A stretch of 64,000 nt of DNA from Bacteroidia bacterium. Its GTDB lineage: Bacteria > Bacteroidota > Bacteroidia > M30B66. The notes under the pieces were generated by a model that was not told the DNA's origin, did no database searches, and saw only the letters and a list, made by a program, of their open reading frames with translations. The stretch is taken from the NCBI GenBank assembly GCA_965279035.1, contig OZ257142.1, forward strand, positions 544,001-608,000. Direction: 5' to 3'. Positions 50,311-59,344 of the stretch are shown here, piece by piece (position 1 is the stretch's first letter; each line of letters begins with the position of its first letter). The translations under genes were made by a program, and so were the position numbers.

Positions 50311-52734
50311 TCACAAATTTTTCTTCCTAGCTATTAGCGTAGAACTTAGTGTAGCAATTGAGACAATACTTATGGATGTTACAGGCATAAGTATGGCGGC
50401 AATTACGGGTTGTAGCTCACCTCGAACTGCGAACCATAATCCTACACAGTTATATAATAGCGAGATGGCAAAGCTTACAGCGATTACTCGTTTACCACTT
50501 TTACAATAATCCAATAGCGTGTTTAGTCGAGATAAAATCTTCCCATCCAAAATCGCATCGCAGGCTGGAGAAAAGTTGTTCAGATTATCCGATACCGCAA
50601 TTCCCGCATCACTTTGTTGTAAAGCACCGGCATCATTCAATCCATCACCCAACATCAAAACTGTTTTGCCTTCATCTTGAAGTTTGCGGATGAAGTTGAG
50701 TTTGTCTTCAGGTGATTGTTTGAAGTGCATTTGATTCGGCTCAAACCATGAGCTCAATTGCTGACGATCCGAATCGGTATCTCCACTCAACAAATACATG
50801 TCGTACTTGCGGCCTAAGCGACTTAATAATGTAGGAAGTTGATCGCGTAGCTGATGTTGAAGGGTATAAAAACCACACGATTCACCATTGATTCTTAAGT
50901 AAATCCGAGTCGTGTTAAGCTTTTCTTCCAATAACTCTTGATTGGTAAATGATGCTGATCCAACTTGAACCATCATCCCGTTTACCATTCCTTGGATTCC
51001 TTTACCCGAAAATTCACTGAAGTCGCTTACTACCAAACGTTCGTTACCCTGATACGATGCTGCTATGCTGCTACTTAAAGGATGTGTTGATTGCAGCACC
51101 AATGAATACACAGCAGTGATTTCATCTTTCGTTAGCTGTCTTCCTTGGAAAGTCACTTCCGCATCTCGACTTAAAGTAATGGTGCCAGTTTTATCAAAGA
51201 CAATCGTATCGGCTTTCGCCATTTTTTCAATCACAAAAGCATTCTTGAGGAAGAATCCATTTCGTCCTAAAATGCGGAGTACGTTTCCATTCGCAAAGGT
51301 GGATGCGAGGAGCAAAATACACGGACAAGCCACAATCAAAATGGTGGTTACCGCATTCATCATTCGATGAGTTTCTCCCGCCCAAAGCCAATAGGATGCT
51401 GAAGCAAGCGCCACAATAAAAATCCCCAGCGTAAAATACTGGTTGATTTTATTTTCCATGGATGCTTTCTCTTCTTCGGCTTGGTCTTTTCGGAAAGCAG
51501 GACTATTCCATAATTGGGTGAGGTAGCTTTGTTTAACGGGTTTAACAATTTCAAGCTCGATGCTCGTGCCCGATTGTCGCCCGCCGGCATAAACTAAATC
51601 TCCTTTTTTACGAATGATAGGATCTGATTCACCGGTAACAAAACTGTAATCCACTTTTGCCTCACCACGCAAAAGAATCGCATCAGCAGGAACTATTTCC
51701 TGATTACGAATCAACATGCGCATCCCCTTTTTAATTCGAGTTACTGGAATTTGTTCTTCTCCCGAATCGGAGATAACAGTTACTGCTACTGGGAAATACG
51801 ATTTATAATCACGGTCAAATGCTAATGTTTCGAAGGTTCTATTTTGGAATGCCCGTCCAATTAGCATAAAAAACACGATGCCTGTCATGGAATCGAAATA
51901 TCCTGGCCCAGTTCCGCTCAAGAGTTCGTAAACACTTCTGAGAAAGGTCATTAATACTGCAGCTGCAATAGGTAAATCGATGTTAAGGTGTTTGCTGCGT
52001 ATGGCTCCAATTCCCGAGATAAAAAAGTCACGACTGCTATAAAAAAGCACAGGAAGTGAAAGGGCAAAATTGAGCCAGCTAAAGGTGAGTTTCAAATCAG
52101 CATTTCCAGCTACTTCACCAATGGAGAAGTATTCAGGAAAACTCATCATCATAATATTACCAAAACAAAAACCGGCGATCCCGATTTTATACCATTGGCT
52201 CCGATCGACTTTTATGGCTTGTTTGTCTTCGATATCGTTTAAGCTGATATGCGGTTCATAACCAATCATGGTCATTCGTTCGGCAATTTTGCTCAAACTG
52301 GTTTCTGCTTGTTGGAAGATAACGGTTACCTCACGCTTAGGGAAGTTGACCGAAGAACTTATCACACCTTTTTCTAATCTTTGCAAGTTTTCAAGCAACC
52401 AAATACAGGAACTACAATGAATTCCTGGGACGAAAAAGGTAATGTGAGATTGTTTGTCGTTTGTAAAATGAAGGAGTTTGTTGCTCACTTCCGCTTGATC
52501 GAGGTAAGAGAATTTACCTGTGTAATTGGCTTTGTCAGGTGAATTTCCGGAGGATGGATTGAGTGTATAATAGCTACAAAGATTGTTTTCGTTTAGAATT
52601 TCGAATACCAATCGGCAGCCATCGCAACAAAATGCTTTGTCTTCAATCCATGTTGTAGTTTCCTTACAATTTTCTCCACAATGATAACAATGGAGATCGG
52701 TTCTGATTTTGGGCTCACTCGTTTTGGGTAACAT
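50311..52734 (-). CDS. ccoI: Heavy-metal P1B-type ATPase CcoI/FixI
   Basis: CYHCG, CCDGC, HCSSC metal sites; TGES, CPC, DKTGT, GDGLND. Confidence 0.93.
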   Translation of the reverse strand: MLPKTSEPKIRTDLHCYHCGENCKETTTWIEDKAFCCDGCRLVFEILNENNLCSYYTLNPSSGNSPDKANYTGKFSYLDQAEVSNKLLHFTNDKQSHITFFVPGIHCSSCIWLLENLQRLEKGVISSSVNFPKREVTVIFQQAETSLSKIAERMTMIGYEPHISLNDIEDKQAIKVDRSQWYKIGIAGFCFGNIMMMSFPEYFSIGEVAGNADLKLTFSWLNFALSLPVLFYSSRDFFISGIGAIRSKHLNIDLPIAAAVLMTFLRSVYELLSGTGPGYFDSMTGIVFFMLIGRAFQNRTFETLAFDRDYKSYFPVAVTVISDSGEEQIPVTRIKKGMRMLIRNQEIVPADAILLRGEAKVDYSFVTGESDPIIRKKGDLVYAGGRQSGTSIELEIVKPVKQSYLTQLWNSPAFRKDQAEEEKASMENKINQYFTLGIFIVALASASYWLWAGETHRMMNAVTTILIVACPCILLLASTFANGNVLRILGRNGFFLKNAFVIEKMAKADTIVFDKTGTITLSRDAEVTFQGRQLTKDEITAVYSLVLQSTHPLSSSIAASYQGNERLVVSDFSEFSGKGIQGMVNGMMVQVGSASFTNQELLEEKLNTTRIYLRINGESCGFYTLQHQLRDQLPTLLSRLGRKYDMYLLSGDTDSDRQQLSSWFEPNQMHFKQSPEDKLNFIRKLQDEGKTVLMLGDGLNDAGALQQSDAGIAVSDNLNNFSPACDAILDGKILSRLNTLLDYCKSGKRVIAVSFAISLLYNCVGLWFAVRGELQPVIAAILMPVTSISIVSIATLSSTLIARKKNL

Positions 52735-52748
52735 GTGGCAATTGGGAT

Positions 52749-53339
52749 TTAATCATCATTACTTCTCGATATCTTCCCTACTAAGGCAAGACTGCTCAAC
52801 TTCATTACTTCGGCTTCTAGCTCGATGATTTTAGGAAATAGATTTATTTTTTCTCGCTCAAGATTCTGAAGAAAGTCATTGTTGAATTCTTTGAGTTCTG
52901 CAAAACACAACTTCAACAATTCATCAGAATTCAATGGAGGATGGAAATTATTTGTAAGTCGTTTTATAGAATGTAAGAGCGCTTCGATGTGCGTATGTTC
53001 CTCTTGTATTCGACGAATGCTGCTTTCCATTAAGCGAACATTCAAAAAGCGGATAGGCTCTGGGTTTTCCTTTATTTCGATGAGTTTGCGAACAAAAGGG
53101 AATAGACTGTTTTCTTCTTGAACAATGAGTAGATTAACCTTGACTTCGATTTGTTCTAGTAAGGAAACTAAATCTTGTAAATGGATAGCATAATTCAAAT
53201 TGCCTTTTGAAGCGGATTTGAAATTTCGAGCCATCAATTTCAACATCGATTTCGACATAGCATGATGACGACTTTCTATAAAGTCGAGCAAATCAGCTTC
53301 GCCAATGGATGAAAAATTTATGTGGTTGAAACTTCGCAT
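52749..53339 (-). CDS. Degenerate RIC/YtfE-like hemerythrin-fold protein
   Basis: DFIESRHH, EE.SLFP, EEH, LTNNF.PP, E..NLFP pattern of RIC proteins; no ScdA_N domain. Confidence 0.7.
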   Translation of the reverse strand: MRSFNHINFSSIGEADLLDFIESRHHAMSKSMLKLMARNFKSASKGNLNYAIHLQDLVSLLEQIEVKVNLLIVQEENSLFPFVRKLIEIKENPEPIRFLNVRLMESSIRRIQEEHTHIEALLHSIKRLTNNFHPPLNSDELLKLCFAELKEFNNDFLQNLEREKINLFPKIIELEAEVMKLSSLALVGKISRSNDD

Positions 53340-53360
53340 GAATCATACTTCTCGATATTA

Positions 53361-53425
53361 CAAATGTTTCTATTCTTATATCGATTTGAAATGACCAGCC
53401 TCAGGTTGAAAGATGATAAAAATCA
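53361..53425 (-). promoter_or_regulatory. Promoter of RIC-like/ccoI genes with tandem FNR/CRP-type boxes
   Basis: -7-like AACATTTG at 53361-53368; TGA-N6-TCA at 53392-53403 and 53414-53425. Confidence 0.7.
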
Positions 53426-53439
53426 GTTTTTGGAAAATG

Positions 53440-53480
53440 AAAAAGCCGCTTTCCAATGAAGGAAAGCGGCTTTAAAAAAA
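53440..53480 (-). terminator. Intrinsic terminator after the FG-GAP gene
   Basis: AAAGCCGCTTTCC-N7-GGAAAGCGGCTTT perfect stem with A runs. Confidence 0.85.
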
Positions 53481-53493
53481 GAGAAGATTAATT

Positions 53494-56361
53494 TTATTGA
53501 ATCACAACGCGAATTACTTTGCTAGCATCTTTAGAAGAAACTCGTAGCATATAAATACCTGCTTGAAGCTCATTCACAGCAAGTGTTCCATTCATATTGA
53601 TATTTTGTTCTTTCACAATTCTGCCTGTTGCATCCATCAACGAAACACGCCCATTAGTAATTGAAGTGCGGATATTCAAATTCATATCTGCTGGATTCGG
53701 AAATACAGAAAGAGTTGTTGTTGAATTTAGTTCGATTCCAGTAGTATTATCAACCGTTACAGAAACAGCATGTGCATCACTTGAGCAATAAGTAGGAGCT
53801 TGTTCAATGCTGATATTGTAGTAGTAGAAATAATATTGATTTCCATAAGTATTGCTGGTGATTGAAGCTAAATCTCCAATTAAATATGGATAAGTAACAA
53901 GCGTATTGCTGTTTTCACGTTGAAGGCGAGGACTATTTTGACTTAATGTAGATTGATTAACACTCACATCAGGAAGTAAATAAAATCCAGTACCTACTGT
54001 AAGGTCAAAATTAGCATTGATCACATTTGTTCCACTTACAAGCGTTGCTGTAACTGAATTTAATAGAGTATTGCTGCTATTGTATAAATCGAATTTACGT
54101 GGACCAGGAGTATCAGTGTAAACAGTAAACGAACGAAGTGTTGAAACTTTGAATACATCAAAATACACTTTTGAATTCGTTGTAGTTGCTCCAAATTGAT
54201 TGGATGTTAATGGTGTTACAATTCCACCATTGTCAATTCCACCACCATATCCATTCACATTGACAACATAATAAGTAGCTGTTGTAGTTACTTCAGGTGT
54301 TGTAAAGCTATTTCCAGTTCCCAAAAGAGTACCTCCAATAGCATCGTACCATTGAATGCTATCTCCTGTTGCTGTTAAAGTGGCACTACCTGGAGTTGGT
54401 AAAGTTACATTGTCTGCAACCGCTTGATTAGGAGTTAATTCAGTAACATTAATTGCTGAAGATGTAAATGTTGAACAAGCTCCTTGTATTGTTAAAGTGT
54501 AGGTACCTGATTGATCAACAGTTGTTGTATTAGTACCTGTTGTTCCATTGCTCCAAGAATATCCGTTTAAGCCTGTTGGTGCTTGAAGTACGACAGAACC
54601 ACCATTACAAAATGTAGTTTCGCCAACTGCAGAAATAGCGGGTGTTTCATCTGGCGATAATGTTACTGTAATTGTTTTTGAAACTGAATTACAAGCATTA
54701 TTTGAAGTTTGTAATACTCGCACATTGTATTCTCCAGCTGCTGTAATATTAGCTGTTTGGCTTGTAGATCCATCAGACCACAAATAATCAAATCCTTGTG
54801 GAGCTGTTAAAGCAAGTGTTTGTCCTTGACATAGAACATAATCTCCAGCAGTTGTGATAATTGCCTCAGGAGCAACACACACATTTTCTCTAACCGATAA
54901 AAATTGATCTACCTGTGGGTTAAGAATTACTTGAGAAGCGCCAGACGGCCAGCTAATTACTACAGAATCAATAGCTGTGTTTGTTCCAAGTCCAAAGTGT
55001 AAGATGGAAGTATTTACAGCACCATAGCCTTCGCCAGTGCGAACTTCTCGCATTTGAACTCCCCAAGCACCGTAAATTTTAGCACGTGCACCAACTGCAC
55101 CTAAATTACTAACAGTTCCTTCCAAATCGAGGTTGAAAAAGTGCTTACCTGATGTAGATCCATTCATCCAAATCACATCATTCACCGAAGATGGAGTTGT
55201 ATAAATGCTCGCATAACTACCATAAATATCAACAGCACCGTCGTGATTCAAATCACCAATTCCAAATGACTCCATGCTGTTGTTGTCGAATGTTCCGTTG
55301 ATACGAGTAAATGTACTGTTCCCATTATTATGATAAAAACGAGATGAACTTCCTGCAACCAAGATATCCACAAATCCATCATTGTCGAAATCTTCCATTA
55401 CCGACTGAATTGGAGTGATATCAGAAAGAACTACTCCTGCAGTTGCAGAAATATCTGTGTAATGACCAGTTCCGTCGTTTTGAAATATTTGACTTTCATG
55501 GTCATGATTAGTCAACAAAAGATCTAAGTCAGAGTCATTATCAATATCACCGAAGCTTGCAGTCCAAGTTTGCCAAAAGCAATTCAAATTGTAAGAAGCA
55601 GCATCTTCAGTGAATGTACCATCGCCATTGTTTACAAACATTACGTTTACACGACGAGGATCTGAACCATCAGTAACAGATGAACTTTGACGACATTTTG
55701 CAATGTATAAATCTAAGTCGCCATCGTTATCGAAATCGGTCCAAACACTACCATAATTACCTGAATCCATTGGATCGCCACCAATATTTCCTGGGTGAAG
55801 TGTAAAGTTGATAGTAGTGGTTGAAGGAACTAATCCTCCAGATCCATTATTTAAGTAAATGTGTGCAGGATTGTTGTCGTCGCACACAAAAAGATCTTCC
55901 CAGCCATCATTATTAAAGTCAGCTGATGTTACGTTTTGAACGAAATAACTACCGGCTAAATTGCTAACAGTACCAGTCATTCCATCGTTACTAATCATCA
56001 TAATTTTTGGCTGAGAACTGCTTCCTGCCATGATGTCTTTGTAGCCATTGTGATCAAAGTCAGCAACGCACATAGCCCAAGCCCATCCTGAACTTGAACT
56101 AAAATCACCTAAATAACGAGTTTCAAAAGTTTGATTTGTACGTTGAATTTCAACATAAGCCGAACGACCATATTTTAGACGAACAATGTCATCCAATCCG
56201 TCGTTGTTCCAATCGATAACTGCAACAGGGCAGCCGCTCGTAAATGCTGGAGTGTTTAATTTAGCATTGGCATTTGTGAATTGAAATTGAGCTTGAACAG
56301 AAGCAGCAGTTCCAACGACGAACAAACACAAAGCGGCAATGCGATGTAAAGATGTTTTCAT
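53494..56361 (-). CDS. FG-GAP/VCBS repeat + ASPIC/UnbV + Ig-like protein with T9SS CTD
   Basis: Repeated D.DNDG..D motifs; GAVGARA..LHFGLG..I.WPSG ASPIC motif; VFPNPA..GIYMLRV tail. Confidence 0.9.
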   Translation of the reverse strand: MKTSLHRIAALCLFVVGTAASVQAQFQFTNANAKLNTPAFTSGCPVAVIDWNNDGLDDIVRLKYGRSAYVEIQRTNQTFETRYLGDFSSSSGWAWAMCVADFDHNGYKDIMAGSSSQPKIMMISNDGMTGTVSNLAGSYFVQNVTSADFNNDGWEDLFVCDDNNPAHIYLNNGSGGLVPSTTTINFTLHPGNIGGDPMDSGNYGSVWTDFDNDGDLDLYIAKCRQSSSVTDGSDPRRVNVMFVNNGDGTFTEDAASYNLNCFWQTWTASFGDIDNDSDLDLLLTNHDHESQIFQNDGTGHYTDISATAGVVLSDITPIQSVMEDFDNDGFVDILVAGSSSRFYHNNGNSTFTRINGTFDNNSMESFGIGDLNHDGAVDIYGSYASIYTTPSSVNDVIWMNGSTSGKHFFNLDLEGTVSNLGAVGARAKIYGAWGVQMREVRTGEGYGAVNTSILHFGLGTNTAIDSVVISWPSGASQVILNPQVDQFLSVRENVCVAPEAIITTAGDYVLCQGQTLALTAPQGFDYLWSDGSTSQTANITAAGEYNVRVLQTSNNACNSVSKTITVTLSPDETPAISAVGETTFCNGGSVVLQAPTGLNGYSWSNGTTGTNTTTVDQSGTYTLTIQGACSTFTSSAINVTELTPNQAVADNVTLPTPGSATLTATGDSIQWYDAIGGTLLGTGNSFTTPEVTTTATYYVVNVNGYGGGIDNGGIVTPLTSNQFGATTTNSKVYFDVFKVSTLRSFTVYTDTPGPRKFDLYNSSNTLLNSVTATLVSGTNVINANFDLTVGTGFYLLPDVSVNQSTLSQNSPRLQRENSNTLVTYPYLIGDLASITSNTYGNQYYFYYYNISIEQAPTYCSSDAHAVSVTVDNTTGIELNSTTTLSVFPNPADMNLNIRTSITNGRVSLMDATGRIVKEQNINMNGTLAVNELQAGIYMLRVSSKDASKVIRVVIQ

Positions 56362-56423
56362 AAAGAGGTTAAGGTTGAGATGGTATTAGAACTACAAATA
56401 TGTAGAAATTTCTGTTATTCAGC

Positions 56424-58370
56424 TTAGTCGGATGTTAAAAGAATTCGTTGAGTGTAATTTTTTCCAATTGCTTGAACTTGGATTACATATACTCCGGCTG
56501 CTTTTGCGCCTTTAATATGCCAACTATTGTCAGCATTTTTTTTCCATTGAATTGGAACTTCTTGTCCCGAAATAGTAAACATTCGAATTGCTTGCGGTTT
56601 CAAAGAAAAACGCATGTTAATTCCACTCGAAATGCTGGCAGGATTTGGATAAAATACAGGAGCCTTTACATTCAACGCATCTGCATATAAAGGACTAATC
56701 AATTCGGTTAAACTATCGCCCGCAACAAGAACTGGTTTGTTGTCGGATGCATCAAACATGGTTAAAAATGAATTTATTTCAGAAGCATCCAAGGTGCGCA
56801 TCTCCGAAAGCCAAGCAGGAGGAACTGTTTGATAATAAACTTTGGCAGTTGTTTTAAATGCACCACTATATCCTTGAAGTGAAACGCGATAATGAATGAT
56901 ATCTTTTCCTGTTCCTTGTGTTGTGCCTGCTAAATTGAAATCGGGGTCTGAAGCTGCTTCTCCAACAATTTGAACAGTATCGTAAGATGCATGTTGAGTC
57001 GAGAATCCAAGTGGTGGAATACGATTATCTTTCAAATGAACATCGGCTCTCTCGAGAATTGTTGTGAAATCACCATTCACATCTCCCATATTCATTTCGT
57101 AAATCTGAACCTGATTTTCAGCATGAATCACATCATGATGAGGCTCCACAAATCCACCATAATTCACGATTTCGCCACTTTGATCAAATGTTCCTGAACG
57201 GAATAAGGTATCGCCAGCTTCTGTCGTTACTACAAATTCTACAAATGCTCTTCGAGATGGATAGCCACTTGGGAATTTATGTCCTGATTTATTGGTTAAC
57301 ATTAATTCAAATCCAACACTGTCATCAAAAAATACAGGATCTGATAATTCAGCCTTCAACGTATTGTATCGTAAATTACGTGTGATAGTTGAAATGGTCG
57401 AATCGAAATTTGCTTCATTGGCGATAATACCCAGAGCATCTTTATTTCTACGAATTAAATCAACCATGAAACTATTCGCGCCAGCAAAACTGTGTTGATT
57501 AAAAGGACTTCTTCCCAACAATGCCGTATAGCCAACAGCAATTTTAACGGGATCTTCCACTTGAGGCATGTGGCAGGTTTGACAGGTTTTTCCTTGTCCG
57601 GGATAACTCGAATTGAGCCATTCCTGAAAAGTAGCTTGTTCAACAAAAGTGCTTCCAGTGGGAACGCCTTGTAAATCGACAGTATGCGATATTAAAGTGT
57701 GACAAGGAGAGCAAAATCTTCCTTGACTAACATGTTCGCTGTATGTTGGGGTGAAATTTACGTACAACTGCATTGGTCCAAAAAAAGGATTGATAAATGG
57801 GCCATACGCAACACGGTTTGTATCATACGGAATATCTCCTGTAAATCGACTACCTAAGCCATTCGTTCCTATCGCGTGGCAGCCAAGGCATCCAACACCT
57901 GATAATCCGAGTGAATCATCTTGAAGATCTTCTAAAGTATAATGATCTGCCCCTTTAAAGAAAGCCGAAAAATGCCCCATTGGAGCGTGACAATCGGTAC
58001 ATAAATTTTGAAGTTCAATGGCATGTGCTGGATTGGTCAAAACCTCTTGTCGAACCTTTGCTTTCCATAATGGATCAACACCGGCAAGTCCCATCATGGA
58101 TGTTTCCCAATCATCGAAAAGATTAATGTCCACACCATCGAGCGTCACATTGGCTAGTCCTTGAGGATCGCGTCCATGGCATCCTTTACAGCGAGATGCG
58201 GGAAGAAAAATGGCAGTAGTATCAATACTGCGACTATGCATTTTAAGTAAAGCTTGAAAATGTCTGTTCGTGAGACTTTCTGGTTTTTCTGAACTCTCTC
58301 GTCCGGTAAGAGACACCGCTGCAAGCACGAACAAAAAAAGCGTACCAATGATGAGTAAACGTTTTTTCAC
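56424..58370 (-). CDS. Pentaheme c-type cytochrome with T9SS type A C-terminal domain
   Basis: Signal peptide; CKGCH, CTDCH, CLGCH, CSPCH, CQTCH; GHKFPSG; FYPNPAS..GVYVIQV tail; GTG start. Confidence 0.85.
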   Translation of the reverse strand: MKKRLLIIGTLFLFVLAAVSLTGRESSEKPESLTNRHFQALLKMHSRSIDTTAIFLPASRCKGCHGRDPQGLANVTLDGVDINLFDDWETSMMGLAGVDPLWKAKVRQEVLTNPAHAIELQNLCTDCHAPMGHFSAFFKGADHYTLEDLQDDSLGLSGVGCLGCHAIGTNGLGSRFTGDIPYDTNRVAYGPFINPFFGPMQLYVNFTPTYSEHVSQGRFCSPCHTLISHTVDLQGVPTGSTFVEQATFQEWLNSSYPGQGKTCQTCHMPQVEDPVKIAVGYTALLGRSPFNQHSFAGANSFMVDLIRRNKDALGIIANEANFDSTISTITRNLRYNTLKAELSDPVFFDDSVGFELMLTNKSGHKFPSGYPSRRAFVEFVVTTEAGDTLFRSGTFDQSGEIVNYGGFVEPHHDVIHAENQVQIYEMNMGDVNGDFTTILERADVHLKDNRIPPLGFSTQHASYDTVQIVGEAASDPDFNLAGTTQGTGKDIIHYRVSLQGYSGAFKTTAKVYYQTVPPAWLSEMRTLDASEINSFLTMFDASDNKPVLVAGDSLTELISPLYADALNVKAPVFYPNPASISSGINMRFSLKPQAIRMFTISGQEVPIQWKKNADNSWHIKGAKAAGVYVIQVQAIGKNYTQRILLTSD

Positions 58371-58436
58371 ATTCTTGAAATATAAAATCTTGGAGATAAG
58401 GTTTGAATTGATTTATAGATTGAAAATCAACACTAC

Positions 58437-59147
58437 CTAATCGTAAATGTTTGCTGCCTTTACTAATTGCTGATGATTTAGAATAGAAATGCGTTTTCCA
58501 TTCAAAGCAATTACTTGATCATTCTTCAATTCACTCAATAATCGGATAGCTGTTTCGGTGGCAGTTCCCACAATGTTTGCAATATCTTCACGACTAAGAG
58601 TAACACTTATTGTAACTCCATCTTGATCTAGACCATAGGTTTGTTGCAAATAAAGCAAAGCTTCTGCAACCCTTTCTCTTACTGGCTTTTGAGCTATATC
58701 TGTAATGCGGTGTTCGGCATGTTTTAAATCTTCAGAAAGAAGTTTCATCAATTGCATTGATAAAACACCGTTGCCTTCAACCAGTTTTAAAAAGGAAGAT
58801 TGTGGAATAAAACAGATTTTACAATCATCTAGAGCTTCAGCACTGGAAGAATATTTATCGCCACTTAAAAGAGCTCGATATCCTAAAATATCTCCACCAC
58901 GAGCCAACCTTACAATTTGCTCTTTCCCTTCATCTCCAATACGAAAAATCTTGATTTTCCCATCGTTCACACAATAAAGACCGTGTGGATACGAACCCGC
59001 ATTAAATATTATTTGACCTTTTTTGAAATTGCTACAGCCCTTCGTTTCATTTAAAGCCTCTAAATCATGACCATGTAAGTCACAAAAAACGGAACGCGAT
59101 CTATTTGAACAATGCTCACAATCAGGTTGGTCGTTCTTTCGAAGCAT
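58437..59147 (-). CDS. Crp/Fnr family regulator with N-terminal Cys cluster (FNR-like)
   Basis: CEHC-x8-C, cNMP-binding fold, SREDIANIVGTATETAIR HTH. Confidence 0.92.
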   Translation of the reverse strand: MLRKNDQPDCEHCSNRSRSVFCDLHGHDLEALNETKGCSNFKKGQIIFNAGSYPHGLYCVNDGKIKIFRIGDEGKEQIVRLARGGDILGYRALLSGDKYSSSAEALDDCKICFIPQSSFLKLVEGNGVLSMQLMKLLSEDLKHAEHRITDIAQKPVRERVAEALLYLQQTYGLDQDGVTISVTLSREDIANIVGTATETAIRLLSELKNDQVIALNGKRISILNHQQLVKAANIYD

Positions 59148-59344
59148 AGGGATTTATTAATGGTGTAAATATAACATTCGAAATGTACAGTTCAACGTAA
59201 ATAATTCAGATCAATTTAAATTGGGTTAAAATTCTATTTGTTTTTTAAAAACTCATGAAAAAAATCGAAAAGGGGACATGAATTCGGTTCATTGGAAACT
59301 TACCTTCGCATCGAAATTAAATGCTGCGTTTTTACTAAAAATTT

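Noticed and set aside
59256-59291. Possible FNR boxes upstream of the regulator (TGAAAAAAATCG, TGAATTCGGTTCA)
   Set aside because: One mismatched half-site, one N7 spacer and 23-bp spacing; does not fit the pattern seen at 50255 and 53392
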